Below are positions 30,450 to 38,525 of a stretch of DNA of 64,000 nt, piece by piece. The notes beneath the pieces were generated by a model. The model ran no database searches and was not told the DNA's origin. It worked only from the letters and a program-made list of their open reading frames with translations. The stretch spans positions 320,001-384,000 of the forward strand of contig CAVTMK010000001.1 of the NCBI GenBank assembly GCA_963735805.1. Reading direction: 5' to 3'. Origin of the DNA: an uncultured Verrucomicrobiae bacterium. GTDB taxonomy: Bacteria; Verrucomicrobiota; Verrucomicrobiia; Chthoniobacterales; UBA10450. Position numbers and translations under genes: made by a program. Numbering within the stretch: the stretch's first letter is position 1; each line of letters opens with the position of its first letter.

Positions 30450-32249
30450 TCAAGTTGACGTCACAACTTCCTGTTCATCCTCAAGGACACGCGCGGCTGC
30501 AAGCAGGGCGACATGCGAAAATGCCTGCGGAAAATTTCCCAGCTGTCTTTTCCAGCGCGGATCGTACTCCTCGGAGAGAAGTCCCAGGTCATTTCGCACT
30601 TCAAGAAGGCGCTCGAACAGTTCGCGCGCTTCTTTCTTTCGGTCGAGTAGATGCCAGCAAGCGACCAACCAGAACGAGCATGGGAGAAAAACACCTTCAC
30701 GCCCTGGCAATCCGTCCACGCCGCATTCCTGTGGCTTGTAACGCAAGACAAAGCCATCTTCCATCAGTTCCCGTTCGATGGCCTCGACGGTATTACGGAC
30801 GCGTTCGTCTGTTGCAGGCAAAAACCCGACGAGTGGCATCGTCAACAGGCTGGCGTCCAGCGCATCGGAGCCGTAAAACTGGGTGAACGCCTTCCTCTGC
30901 GTGTTGTAGCCACGCTCGCACACCTCGCGATGGATTTGCTCCCTAACCTTTAGCCAGCGGCCGTGATGCTCCCCCGCCGCGCATCCGCATTCCTCAACCA
31001 GTTTCACCGCGCAGTCGAACGCAACCCATGCCATCATTTTCGAGTGCGTGAAATTCTTTCTTCCGCCGCGGACTTCCCAGATTCCTTCGTCTGGTTTTTG
31101 CCAGTTTGATTCCAGGAATTTCATCAAATGCACCATCAAAGCCCAATCAGGCTCCTGCATTTTGATCCCAGCACAGTCAGCTTCGAACATTGTCGCCAGT
31201 ACCTCGCCGTAGACATCAAGCTGAAATTGCATCGATGCAGCATTTCCGATACGTACCGGCACAGACTTTTCGTAGCCTGAGAGCCAGGGAATTTCGACTT
31301 CAGTGAGCCGACGTTCCCCGCTAACGCCGTACATGATCTGCATCTGGGCAGGGCTTCCGGCAACGGCTCGAAGCAGCCACTCCCGCCAGCCTTTGGCTTC
31401 TTCGAGGTAACCGGCCCGCAGTAGTGAGAGCAAAGCGAACGTAGCATCCCGAAGCCAGCAGTAGCGATAGTCCCAGTTGCGCGGTCCTCCTATTTGTTCA
31501 GGCAACGATGTCGTAGCTGCGGCTACCAGGCCGCCTGTCGGCGCGTAGGTCAATCCCTTGAGCACGATGAGCGAGCGCATCACCGCATCGCGCCATTTCC
31601 CCTGACCTTTGAACTGAGTAGACCATTCGTGCCAGAACTTTTCTGTGTCGCGTAGCGCATGCTCGTGGTGGACCGGCTTTGGCGGATCTTTGTGGGAGGC
31701 AAACCACGTCAGCACGAACGGAACCCTATCACCTTCGCTAACCGCAAACTTTGCAACTGTAGTCAGATCTTTGCCGCGTGTTTTAATTGGTGTTCGCAAG
31801 ATCAAGCCATCTGGTCCGGCGATCGCTTCCAGTCCGTCGTTTCGGTGTCGCACCCATGGCACGATCTGTCCGTAATCGAACCGGATAACCAATTCCATCT
31901 GCATGGTAACCTTGCCCCGCAATCCTTCCACGACGCGGATGATGTCCGGATTCTCGCCGCGCGGCGGCATGAAATCGATCAGGCGCACTGCACCGCTCTT
32001 GGTTTCGATTTCCGTTTCGAGAATAAGGGAGTCATCACGGTAACGGCGACACGTCGCGTCAACTTCTTCGTCAGGGAAAAAGCGCCAGTGTCCGTTTTTT
32101 GTTTCACCTAGCAGGGACGCGAAGCATGCCGGAGAATCAAACCGCGGAAGACAAAGCCAATCGACACAGCCATCCCGGCTCACCAGAGCGCCGGTTTGCG
32201 TATCACTGAGAAACGCATAATCCTCGATCTTTGTTCTTTCCTTCGCCAT
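30450..32249 (-). CDS. Glycoside hydrolase family 15 (trehalase/glucoamylase-like)
   Basis: RNWDYRYCWLRD, GIWEVR, LLSEE and GNFPQAFSH motifs. Confidence 0.95.
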   Translation of the reverse strand: MAKERTKIEDYAFLSDTQTGALVSRDGCVDWLCLPRFDSPACFASLLGETKNGHWRFFPDEEVDATCRRYRDDSLILETEIETKSGAVRLIDFMPPRGENPDIIRVVEGLRGKVTMQMELVIRFDYGQIVPWVRHRNDGLEAIAGPDGLILRTPIKTRGKDLTTVAKFAVSEGDRVPFVLTWFASHKDPPKPVHHEHALRDTEKFWHEWSTQFKGQGKWRDAVMRSLIVLKGLTYAPTGGLVAAATTSLPEQIGGPRNWDYRYCWLRDATFALLSLLRAGYLEEAKGWREWLLRAVAGSPAQMQIMYGVSGERRLTEVEIPWLSGYEKSVPVRIGNAASMQFQLDVYGEVLATMFEADCAGIKMQEPDWALMVHLMKFLESNWQKPDEGIWEVRGGRKNFTHSKMMAWVAFDCAVKLVEECGCAAGEHHGRWLKVREQIHREVCERGYNTQRKAFTQFYGSDALDASLLTMPLVGFLPATDERVRNTVEAIERELMEDGFVLRYKPQECGVDGLPGREGVFLPCSFWLVACWHLLDRKKEARELFERLLEVRNDLGLLSEEYDPRWKRQLGNFPQAFSHVALLAAARVLEDEQEVVTST

Positions 32250-32267
32250 CGACTCTTCTTTTGCCTC

Positions 32268-32777
32268 TTACTCTTGATCGACTCGCCCCGAGTCCGCGAG
32301 TGTGGCGATTTCATCACGCGTCAGTCGGAACACAGTCCATTCGTGCATGGGCTTTGCACCGAGTGTCCGATAAAACCTGATCGCAGGCTCGTTCCAATCG
32401 AGCACCGCCCATTCCATTCGGCCGCAGTCGCGTCGCTGCGCGATCTTCGCAAGCTCCACCAGCAACGCGCGTCCGTAGCCTTTCCCACGCATTTCCGGTT
32501 TTACGAACAAGTCTTCGAGATAAAGCCCGGGTCGCCCAAGCCAGGTGGAAAAATTGTAAAAGTATACTGCGAATCCGACCGGCGATTGTCCTTCAAACGC
32601 AAGAAGAACCTCTGCGGCTGGTCGCTCCCCGAACAAAACCTCGATGAGTTGTTCCTCTGTCGCGGTCACGTCGTTCGGCGCGCGCTCATACGTCGCCAAA
32701 TCGCGAATTAATTGCAAAATAACCGGCACGTCTTCCAAGTGCGCCGGACGAATGAGGAATTCGTTGGGCATCTTCAT
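32268..32777 (-). CDS. GNAT N-acetyltransferase (diamine acetyltransferase-like)
   Basis: NFSTWLGRPGLYLEDLFV and VLDWNEPAIRFY motifs. Confidence 0.92.
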   Translation of the reverse strand: MKMPNEFLIRPAHLEDVPVILQLIRDLATYERAPNDVTATEEQLIEVLFGERPAAEVLLAFEGQSPVGFAVYFYNFSTWLGRPGLYLEDLFVKPEMRGKGYGRALLVELAKIAQRRDCGRMEWAVLDWNEPAIRFYRTLGAKPMHEWTVFRLTRDEIATLADSGRVDQE

Positions 32778-32778
32778 T

Positions 32779-33858
32779 TCAATGGTCCGCAAGCGCTTGA
32801 CTAATGCGATCCAGACCTTCTGCGAACATTTCCGTGTTAACGCCCATGCCAATGCGAAAATGATCGGGCATTTCGAAAAAGCGACCTGGAACCACTGAAG
32901 TGTCGAATTTCGTGCGCAAACGTTCGACGAAATCATCGACGTTGCCATTTTCCAACTGCACAAACGATGTCGTGCCCCAATCGGTCCAGACCGCTGAAAG
33001 GCCAGATTGCTTTATGAGAAAATCCCGAAGCAGTTTCCGATCTGCGTTCACGATGTGGCGTGCTCTTTCGCGAGGGCGATTCAAGTGCTTGAACACTGCG
33101 ACGGCGAGAAGTTGCCCCGGGTAAACTGGCGTCGCACTATAGAGATCATTCAGACGGCGCATCTTCCAGGCCAGGTCGGGGCGCGCCAGGATCCAGCCGC
33201 AGCGCAGTCCGCTGACACCGTAGACTTTCGTCAGACTGCTTGTCACCACGAACTCGGGCCCAAGCAGGAAAGAAGTGCGCGGTGTTCGTTCGTAAACCGC
33301 ATCCAGATAGACTTCATCCACCAGGACCAGCGCTCCAATGCTGCGCGCGATGTCGCCGATTTCACGCAGAACCCATTCTGGCGTAAGCGCGCTTGTTGGA
33401 TTGTGTAAATTGGTAATCGCGATGAGCCGTGTTTTGGGCGTAATGCAATCGCGAACCGCCTTTGGATCCACAGCCCAACCGCTCTCTTCCATTCGTGGGA
33501 AGCGTTTCACATCAGCGTAAAGATATCGGGCAACGTCAAGAATCGGTCCGTATGCCGGATACTCGATTAAGACTTCGTCACCCGGTTCGATAATCGCAGC
33601 CATGGCCAGATGATTTGCCATGGAGGTACCCGCGGATTCCACAACGCACTCGGGATCAACACCGTGATGTGCGGCGATTGCGTTTTGTAAAGGCGGATAG
33701 CCATATCCGTCGTCTTTGCCATTTATTTCGAGTGTTTCCAGCTGGACTGGCAGTTCACGAAGCGGAAACGGCGCTACCCCACTTGTTGCAAGATTGAATC
33801 GTGCGCCACTTTGCGTCTTGGACCAGTGCATGTAATCGGACTGCTTGTGTCTAATCAT
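32779..33858 (-). CDS. PLP-dependent class I/II aminotransferase
   Basis: NLHNPT, DEVY and SLTKVYGVSGLRCGW motifs. Confidence 0.92.
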   Translation of the reverse strand: MIRHKQSDYMHWSKTQSGARFNLATSGVAPFPLRELPVQLETLEINGKDDGYGYPPLQNAIAAHHGVDPECVVESAGTSMANHLAMAAIIEPGDEVLIEYPAYGPILDVARYLYADVKRFPRMEESGWAVDPKAVRDCITPKTRLIAITNLHNPTSALTPEWVLREIGDIARSIGALVLVDEVYLDAVYERTPRTSFLLGPEFVVTSSLTKVYGVSGLRCGWILARPDLAWKMRRLNDLYSATPVYPGQLLAVAVFKHLNRPRERARHIVNADRKLLRDFLIKQSGLSAVWTDWGTTSFVQLENGNVDDFVERLRTKFDTSVVPGRFFEMPDHFRIGMGVNTEMFAEGLDRISQALADH

Positions 33859-35187
33859 GAATCCGCTCGTTTGAACCTGCTCCAATAGCAGTAAACCGGC
33901 AGTGCGGCCAGCATGATACCCAACGCAATTGCGCTGTTTGCTGATGAAGAGGCGATAGCGCTTCCCACAATTCCAACACAGGCCAAAACAAAAAGAATTG
34001 TCGTGAATGGATGTCCGGGTGCGCGATAAATGGCCGCGTCTGATCCAATCCGGCGCCGGCGCAAAATGAAGAGCGATGCCGCCGTCATTGCGAAAAAAAT
34101 GAAATCGACGGTCACTTCGAAATTCAAAATCTCGCCATACGTCCCGGAACAAGCAATGACGATCGCCGCCAGCCCCTGAAGAACGATGGCGACTACCGGC
34201 GCCCGCGAGTGCCGCGAGAGTTTGCCGGTGCTTGCGAAGAAGAGTCCGTCGCGCGCCATGGCGTAGTACACCCGCGGAGCTGTTAACATGCTTTGGCTTA
34301 GGAATCCCAGCGTCGAGACCGTTATTCCGATGGCAATCCATTGAGCGCCGCGCGCACCCAACGCCGCCTGCATTACATCGGACGCCGGAGTCGTCGTTGC
34401 GTTGAGACCCGCTGGGCCGAGTACACGCAAACACACAACATTGACGGCAAGATACAGGGCCACAACGCCAGCCACTCCCATCAGCAGTCCTCGAGATAAA
34501 TCGCGGCGTGCATCGCGCATTTCACCTGCGACGAAGGTCGCAGTCTGCCATCCGCCATACGCAAACGCGACGGGGACCATGGCAGATCCAACGCTCTTCA
34601 AAAGCCCAAACGAAACCGGTTGTCCTAACAATGGTTCCGATTTCAGTGAGTTTCCGCCGAGCACAAATCCCAGGATCACGAGTCCCGCGATAGCCGCGAT
34701 ACGTAAAAGCATAAAAGCGCTCTGCACATTGCTGCCGGCGCGCGCTCCCAGACAGTTTATTCCAGTTAGCAGACAGCAGCACCACGGCTGCGATTTCACT
34801 GTCGTTCCAGGCAACGCCTGTAAGCGAGCGAAAGTACGACGCGAAAATAACCGCCACCGCGGCCATACCTCCAGTCTGTGTCACCAGCAGCAACCCCCAT
34901 CCATAAACAAACGCAACGGCAGGATGATATGCCTCGCGCAAATAGAGATATTGACCCCCTGTGCCCGGCAAACGGGTAGCCAATTCAGCCCAGATAAACG
35001 CGCCGCATATCGCGAGTAGACCACCTAGTACCCAAACACCAAGGATCAAAAATGGCGTGTGAACGCGATGCGCGACCTCCGATGGATTAGCGAAGATTCC
35101 CGCGCCGACGATCCCGCCCATGACAATCATCGTGGCATCGAATAATCCGAGCTGACGTCGCGGCTTTAACGACTCCGATTTTGTCAT
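33855..35187 (-). CDS. APC amino acid permease, with a +1 frameshift near 34773
   Basis: N-part (LGLFDATMIVMGGIVGAGIF) and C-part (AYGGW, PRVYYAMARDG) lie in adjacent frames and join on removing one base. Confidence 0.88.
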
Positions 35188-35262
35188 GTCGAGCGAGGTC
35201 GAGACATCTCTAATTCCTCGAAGAGCACAGCTAGAGATTCCTCGACTTCGCTCGGAATGACA
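35182..35262. repeat. CGTC/TGTCAT-type REP doublet (near-consensus copy)
   Basis: TGTCATGTCGAGCGAGGTCGAGACATCTCT ... AGAGATTCCTCGACTTCGCTCGGAATGACA. Confidence 0.9.
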
Positions 35263-35292
35263 CGCTCGAAAAATCAAACATGATAGGTGCCC

Positions 35293-36972
35293 TCACCGAT
35301 CCGACGCTTTCAGTTTATAGATTCTAAATTCCGGGGTCGACTCAAGCAACGTTGCGGTTTCGCTGAGATGCCGGGTCAGCTCGGGGTAAGACGTCAGCCA
35401 CCAGGACGTATTCGTGACAAAGACAAGATGCGTTGCCCCCTCACGACGCAATCGTTCCAGATCGCTGATAGCCTGCTGGCTGTTCTTTGGATTGCCGCCG
35501 TAAATTCCATTTTGCTCGAGAAAATGCCAACCTTTGCGCTTCGCATAATAGAATATGGCTGGATTGCCACCGTCCACGGCGACAATCAACGCATCGCTCG
35601 GCGTAATCTTGTTTAGTTCAAGGCCGGCATCGCGATGTTGCGCAGCTGATGATTCGTAAAGGGGCCGCACGTACAAGAAGGCCAGAATCGCGAACGAACT
35701 CGCAAGCAAAATCGATAATGCCACGGCCGTCACGCGCGAAGAAATTTTCGATTCAAAAAAGGCACAACCCGCACCCGCAAACGCAGCGGCGATGGGCACG
35801 AATGGCAGCTGGTACCAGGGATGGCGATTGCCGTAGCCGACGGCTACGACGAACAAAATCATGGTGGCCAACCACCAATCAAAGAGGCAGCTGAACCTCC
35901 TACGCGGGCTGCCCACAGCGCTACAGCGTTGCAGGCGTGGCGCTACAAACAAACCAATCAACGCTAAGACTGCCAAAACCGGCGTGAGACTCGACGTTGC
36001 AATCTGTCGCGCAATCTCCGAGTACCACGAGAAACTCTCCAGCCGGACTCCGCCGGCGCCAAAGAAATGATGCGGATAAAATCTCTCGGAGATTTGATAC
36101 GCATGCCAATACCACGCGACCGAAGGTAAGATCGCAACGGCGGCAAACAAAACGACCGCGCGATAAATTATTGGGCGTTTGACTCGCTCGCTCCCGCTCG
36201 CTCGGTCTGGTGACCTGCCCGTCCATGTCGCTCGGCTCCCGCCGGCTCCATTCTGTGAAACGCCCGGCGTCTGGCACAGACGCCCTACAATGATATACGC
36301 CAGCGGCGCCGCGATCACGATGCTCGTGGCCTTGATCAGGATCGACAAGGAAATCGCAATCGCAGCCAGACAAAAAGAGATCATCCCGCGATCGCGAAGC
36401 CAAAGCAGGAAAAAATACAATCCGATGATCGCCAGGCTGAGCGACGGAACGTCTGGCATGAAAGAGCGTCCGGCAAAAACGTTCAGAGGCGCAAAAGCGT
36501 AGAAAAATGCAGCCCAAACGGCCGACGTATCGCCGAAAATCTCGCGCACCAACAAAAAGAAAAATGGGAATGAGATAGCAAAGAAAATCACCGACTGGCT
36601 ACGCCCAATCCACTCGTGAATGCCGGCAAACTTGTAACAAATCGCTGCAAGGAAAGGCAAAATGGGAAACTCCGTTCCTACGTAGCCGCCTGAGCCGCCA
36701 GCCCAATCGATTTGCGGATAACCAAAACGAAAACCGTGTTCGAAAAAATTGCGCGCAATCGCCGCCACGTCGCTTTGTCTCCAGCTCCAATGATCGACGT
36801 AAGGCTGATCAATCATGATCAACCGGACCGCCACGGCCAGGATCCAGATTGCTATTACAATGTTGGCGACATAGAGGCGGTATGGATAGCGCGTCGCAGC
36901 AAAGGTCCGGTCCAGATCATCTGGCCGGCGCAGCGTCGCGACCCTGGGATTTACGCGCTCTTTGATGCGCAT
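35293..36972 (-). CDS. ArnT/PMT-like (GT39/83) integral membrane glycosyltransferase with in-frame repeat insertions
   Basis: WRQSDVAAIARNF, EFP, GR, SFMPD and IK motifs; many TM segments; start uncertain. Confidence 0.88.
   Translation of the reverse strand: MRIKERVNPRVATLRRPDDLDRTFAATRYPYRLYVANIVIAIWILAVAVRLIMIDQPYVDHWSWRQSDVAAIARNFFEHGFRFGYPQIDWAGGSGGYVGTEFPILPFLAAICYKFAGIHEWIGRSQSVIFFAISFPFFFLLVREIFGDTSAVWAAFFYAFAPLNVFAGRSFMPDVPSLSLAIIGLYFFLLWLRDRGMISFCLAAIAISLSILIKATSIVIAAPLAYIIVGRLCQTPGVSQNGAGGSRATWTGRSPDRASGSERVKRPIIYRAVVLFAAVAILPSVAWYWHAYQISERFYPHHFFGAGGVRLESFSWYSEIARQIATSSLTPVLAVLALIGLFVAPRLQRCSAVGSPRRRFSCLFDWWLATMILFVVAVGYGNRHPWYQLPFVPIAAAFAGAGCAFFESKISSRVTAVALSILLASSFAILAFLYVRPLYESSAAQHRDAGLELNKITPSDALIVAVDGGNPAIFYYAKRKGWHFLEQNGIYGGNPKNSQQAISDLERLRREGATHLVFVTNTSWWLTSYPELTRHLSETATLLESTPEFRIYKLKASDR
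36168..36290. repeat. GTAG-type REP doublet inside the glycosyltransferase gene, interrupted by a 70-bp element
   Basis: GGCGTTT[70 bp + TT]CTGTGAAACGCC-CGGCGTCTGGCACAGACGCCCTACAA. Confidence 0.85.
36181..36250 (-). mobile_element. 70-bp micro-insertion element, copy 1 (AA/TT flanking duplication)
   Basis: Homologous to 38442-38510; removing it plus one TT restores a perfect hairpin. Confidence 0.7.
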
Positions 36973-37043
36973 CGTGCAAGCGTCTTGACAGCTGCTGTAA
37001 AGTCAATCGTGTAGGGGAATCTCAAATCCGGAGAAGAGATAGC

Positions 37044-37613
37044 ATGAAATCGACGGCTCTCATTCCTCAGCCGAAGTTGGGCTCCGTTGCAGGTTTGTTC
37101 GCACTAGTCCTGCTTTTCACTTCCGGGATTGGCGTGGTGCATGGACAAAACGAGCCGATTCTCGTGCCTGATGCCATCGATTATCAGAAACTCCTTCCTC
37201 TTTTGCCGGAGCCGCCTCAAGGCTGGGTCGCTGATAAAGCGGAAGGATCAACGGAAGACGTTGGCGGATTCAGGATCACAAATGTACATCGCGACTATCA
37301 CAAGGGCGACGGTGACAAGGTCCCAACAGCCGCGATCAGCATACTCGATTCCATATCGAACCCGGATTACGTGAATGCCACGACCACTGCCTGGAATAGC
37401 AACAACGAAAGCAGCGAAGGTTACGGCAAGTCCGTCACTATCGACGGCAATGCTGGTTTCGAAGCCTTCGAGAAAGAAAGCAAACACGCCACTCTCTGGG
37501 TAATGATTGCCAAGCGTTATTTCGTTCAGATCGAGCTACAGAACCAGGACCCGAAGGAATTGCAGGAATGGGTCAAACGCGTCGATCTAAAGAAATTAGC
37601 GGCAATCAAATGA
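37044..37613 (+). CDS. Secreted hypothetical protein
   Basis: Signal peptide ending VHG/Q; LLPEPPQGW...VDLKKL. Confidence 0.8.
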   Translation: MKSTALIPQPKLGSVAGLFALVLLFTSGIGVVHGQNEPILVPDAIDYQKLLPLLPEPPQGWVADKAEGSTEDVGGFRITNVHRDYHKGDGDKVPTAAISILDSISNPDYVNATTTAWNSNNESSEGYGKSVTIDGNAGFEAFEKESKHATLWVMIAKRYFVQIELQNQDPKELQEWVKRVDLKKLAAIK

Positions 37614-37625
37614 CAAGGTGCAGCT

Positions 37626-37653
37626 TGTCATCCTGAGCAAAGCAAAGGATTTC
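37626..37653. repeat. Single CGTC/TGTCAT-type REP
   Basis: TGTCATCCTGAGCAAAGCAAAGGATTTC. Confidence 0.65.
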
Positions 37654-37658
37654 ACTGT

Positions 37659-38375
37659 TCACTCCTGTTTCTGTTCCTCGCTTGCCATCGGCACGAAACG
37701 CACCGGCAACGTAGCGCTTTGTTTCAATTGGCCGTTTTTCTTTTCCAGCAGGTACAATTCCTGGGCGAACCTCTCGCCGACGGGAATGACCATGCGCCCG
37801 CCGTCTTTCAATTGATCGACGAGCGACTGTGGAACCTTCTCCGGCGCACACGTCACGATGATGGCGTCGAATGGCGCATGTTCCGGCCAGCCCTTGTAAC
37901 CGTCACCGGTTTTCAGATGCACATTTTTGTAACCAAGTCTCTGCAGTGTCGCCTCGGCATTTTTCGCCAACGGTTCGACGATCTCTATTGAATAAATCTC
38001 CGCCACGAGCTCAGCCAGAATTGCCGCCTGATACCCTGAGCCAGTCCCAATTTCCAAAACCCGATCGCCTGGCTGCAGCCGCAGCTGCTCGGTCATGAAC
38101 GCCACGATGTATGGTTGCGAAATGGTTTGGCCGTAACCGATCGGCATCGGGCCATCTTCATAAGTCGCAGCGCGCGAGTCCGGGGTCACGAATTCTTCCC
38201 GTGGAACTTTTGCCATTGCCGCGAGCACCCGTTGGTCATGGATACCGCGTGTCGCCAACTGCTGTTGAACCATGAGCTGACGTTGGGCCACAAAATCCGG
38301 GCCTGATGTTGGCCTTTGCCCACAAGCAGTTGCCGCGAGCGCTGCGATCACGAAGGATTGCCAAACTCGCTCCAC
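37659..38375 (-). CDS. pcm: Protein-L-isoaspartate O-methyltransferase, with a lipoprotein-like N-terminus
   Basis: GQTISQP, LEIGTGSGYQAA, APFDAI and VRFVP motifs; ATAC lipobox-like. Confidence 0.95.
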   Translation of the reverse strand: MERVWQSFVIAALAATACGQRPTSGPDFVAQRQLMVQQQLATRGIHDQRVLAAMAKVPREEFVTPDSRAATYEDGPMPIGYGQTISQPYIVAFMTEQLRLQPGDRVLEIGTGSGYQAAILAELVAEIYSIEIVEPLAKNAEATLQRLGYKNVHLKTGDGYKGWPEHAPFDAIIVTCAPEKVPQSLVDQLKDGGRMVIPVGERFAQELYLLEKKNGQLKQSATLPVRFVPMASEEQKQE

Positions 38376-38398
38376 CCGACAAAATAGTGCAGATTGCC

Positions 38399-38518
38399 TG
38401 TCATTCCGAGCGAAACCGCCCGTCCGGCTCGGAGTCGAGAACGGAGCGGTTGGGGAAAACGCGACAGAGACGGGCAGGCCGAGAGGCCGAGTGAGCGGTG
38501 CGAACGAGTCAAATCTCT
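38399..38518. repeat. CGTC/TGTCAT REP carrying nested insertions, directly upstream of thrS
   Basis: TGTCATTCCGAGCG[~19 bp]GAGTCGAGAA[69 bp]AAATCTCT. Confidence 0.75.
38442..38510 (+). mobile_element. 69-bp micro-insertion element, copy 2 (AA flanking duplication)
   Basis: CGGAGC...GCGACA..GACGGGCAGG...CCGAG.GAGCGG.GCGA.CGAGTC, shared with the reverse complement of 36181-36250. Confidence 0.7.
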
Positions 38519-38525
38519 AATCATA

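Noticed and set aside
35890..35947. Second repeat-derived insert in the ArnT-like gene (APRLQRCSAVGSPRRR)
   Set aside because: It contains two TGTAGCG heads but is too degenerate to call without an orthologue alignment.
38394..38525. T-box riboswitch or N-terminal extension of ThrRS
   Set aside because: The sequence is explained by a REP plus inserts; no T-box motif is visible, and ATG 38526 is the better start.
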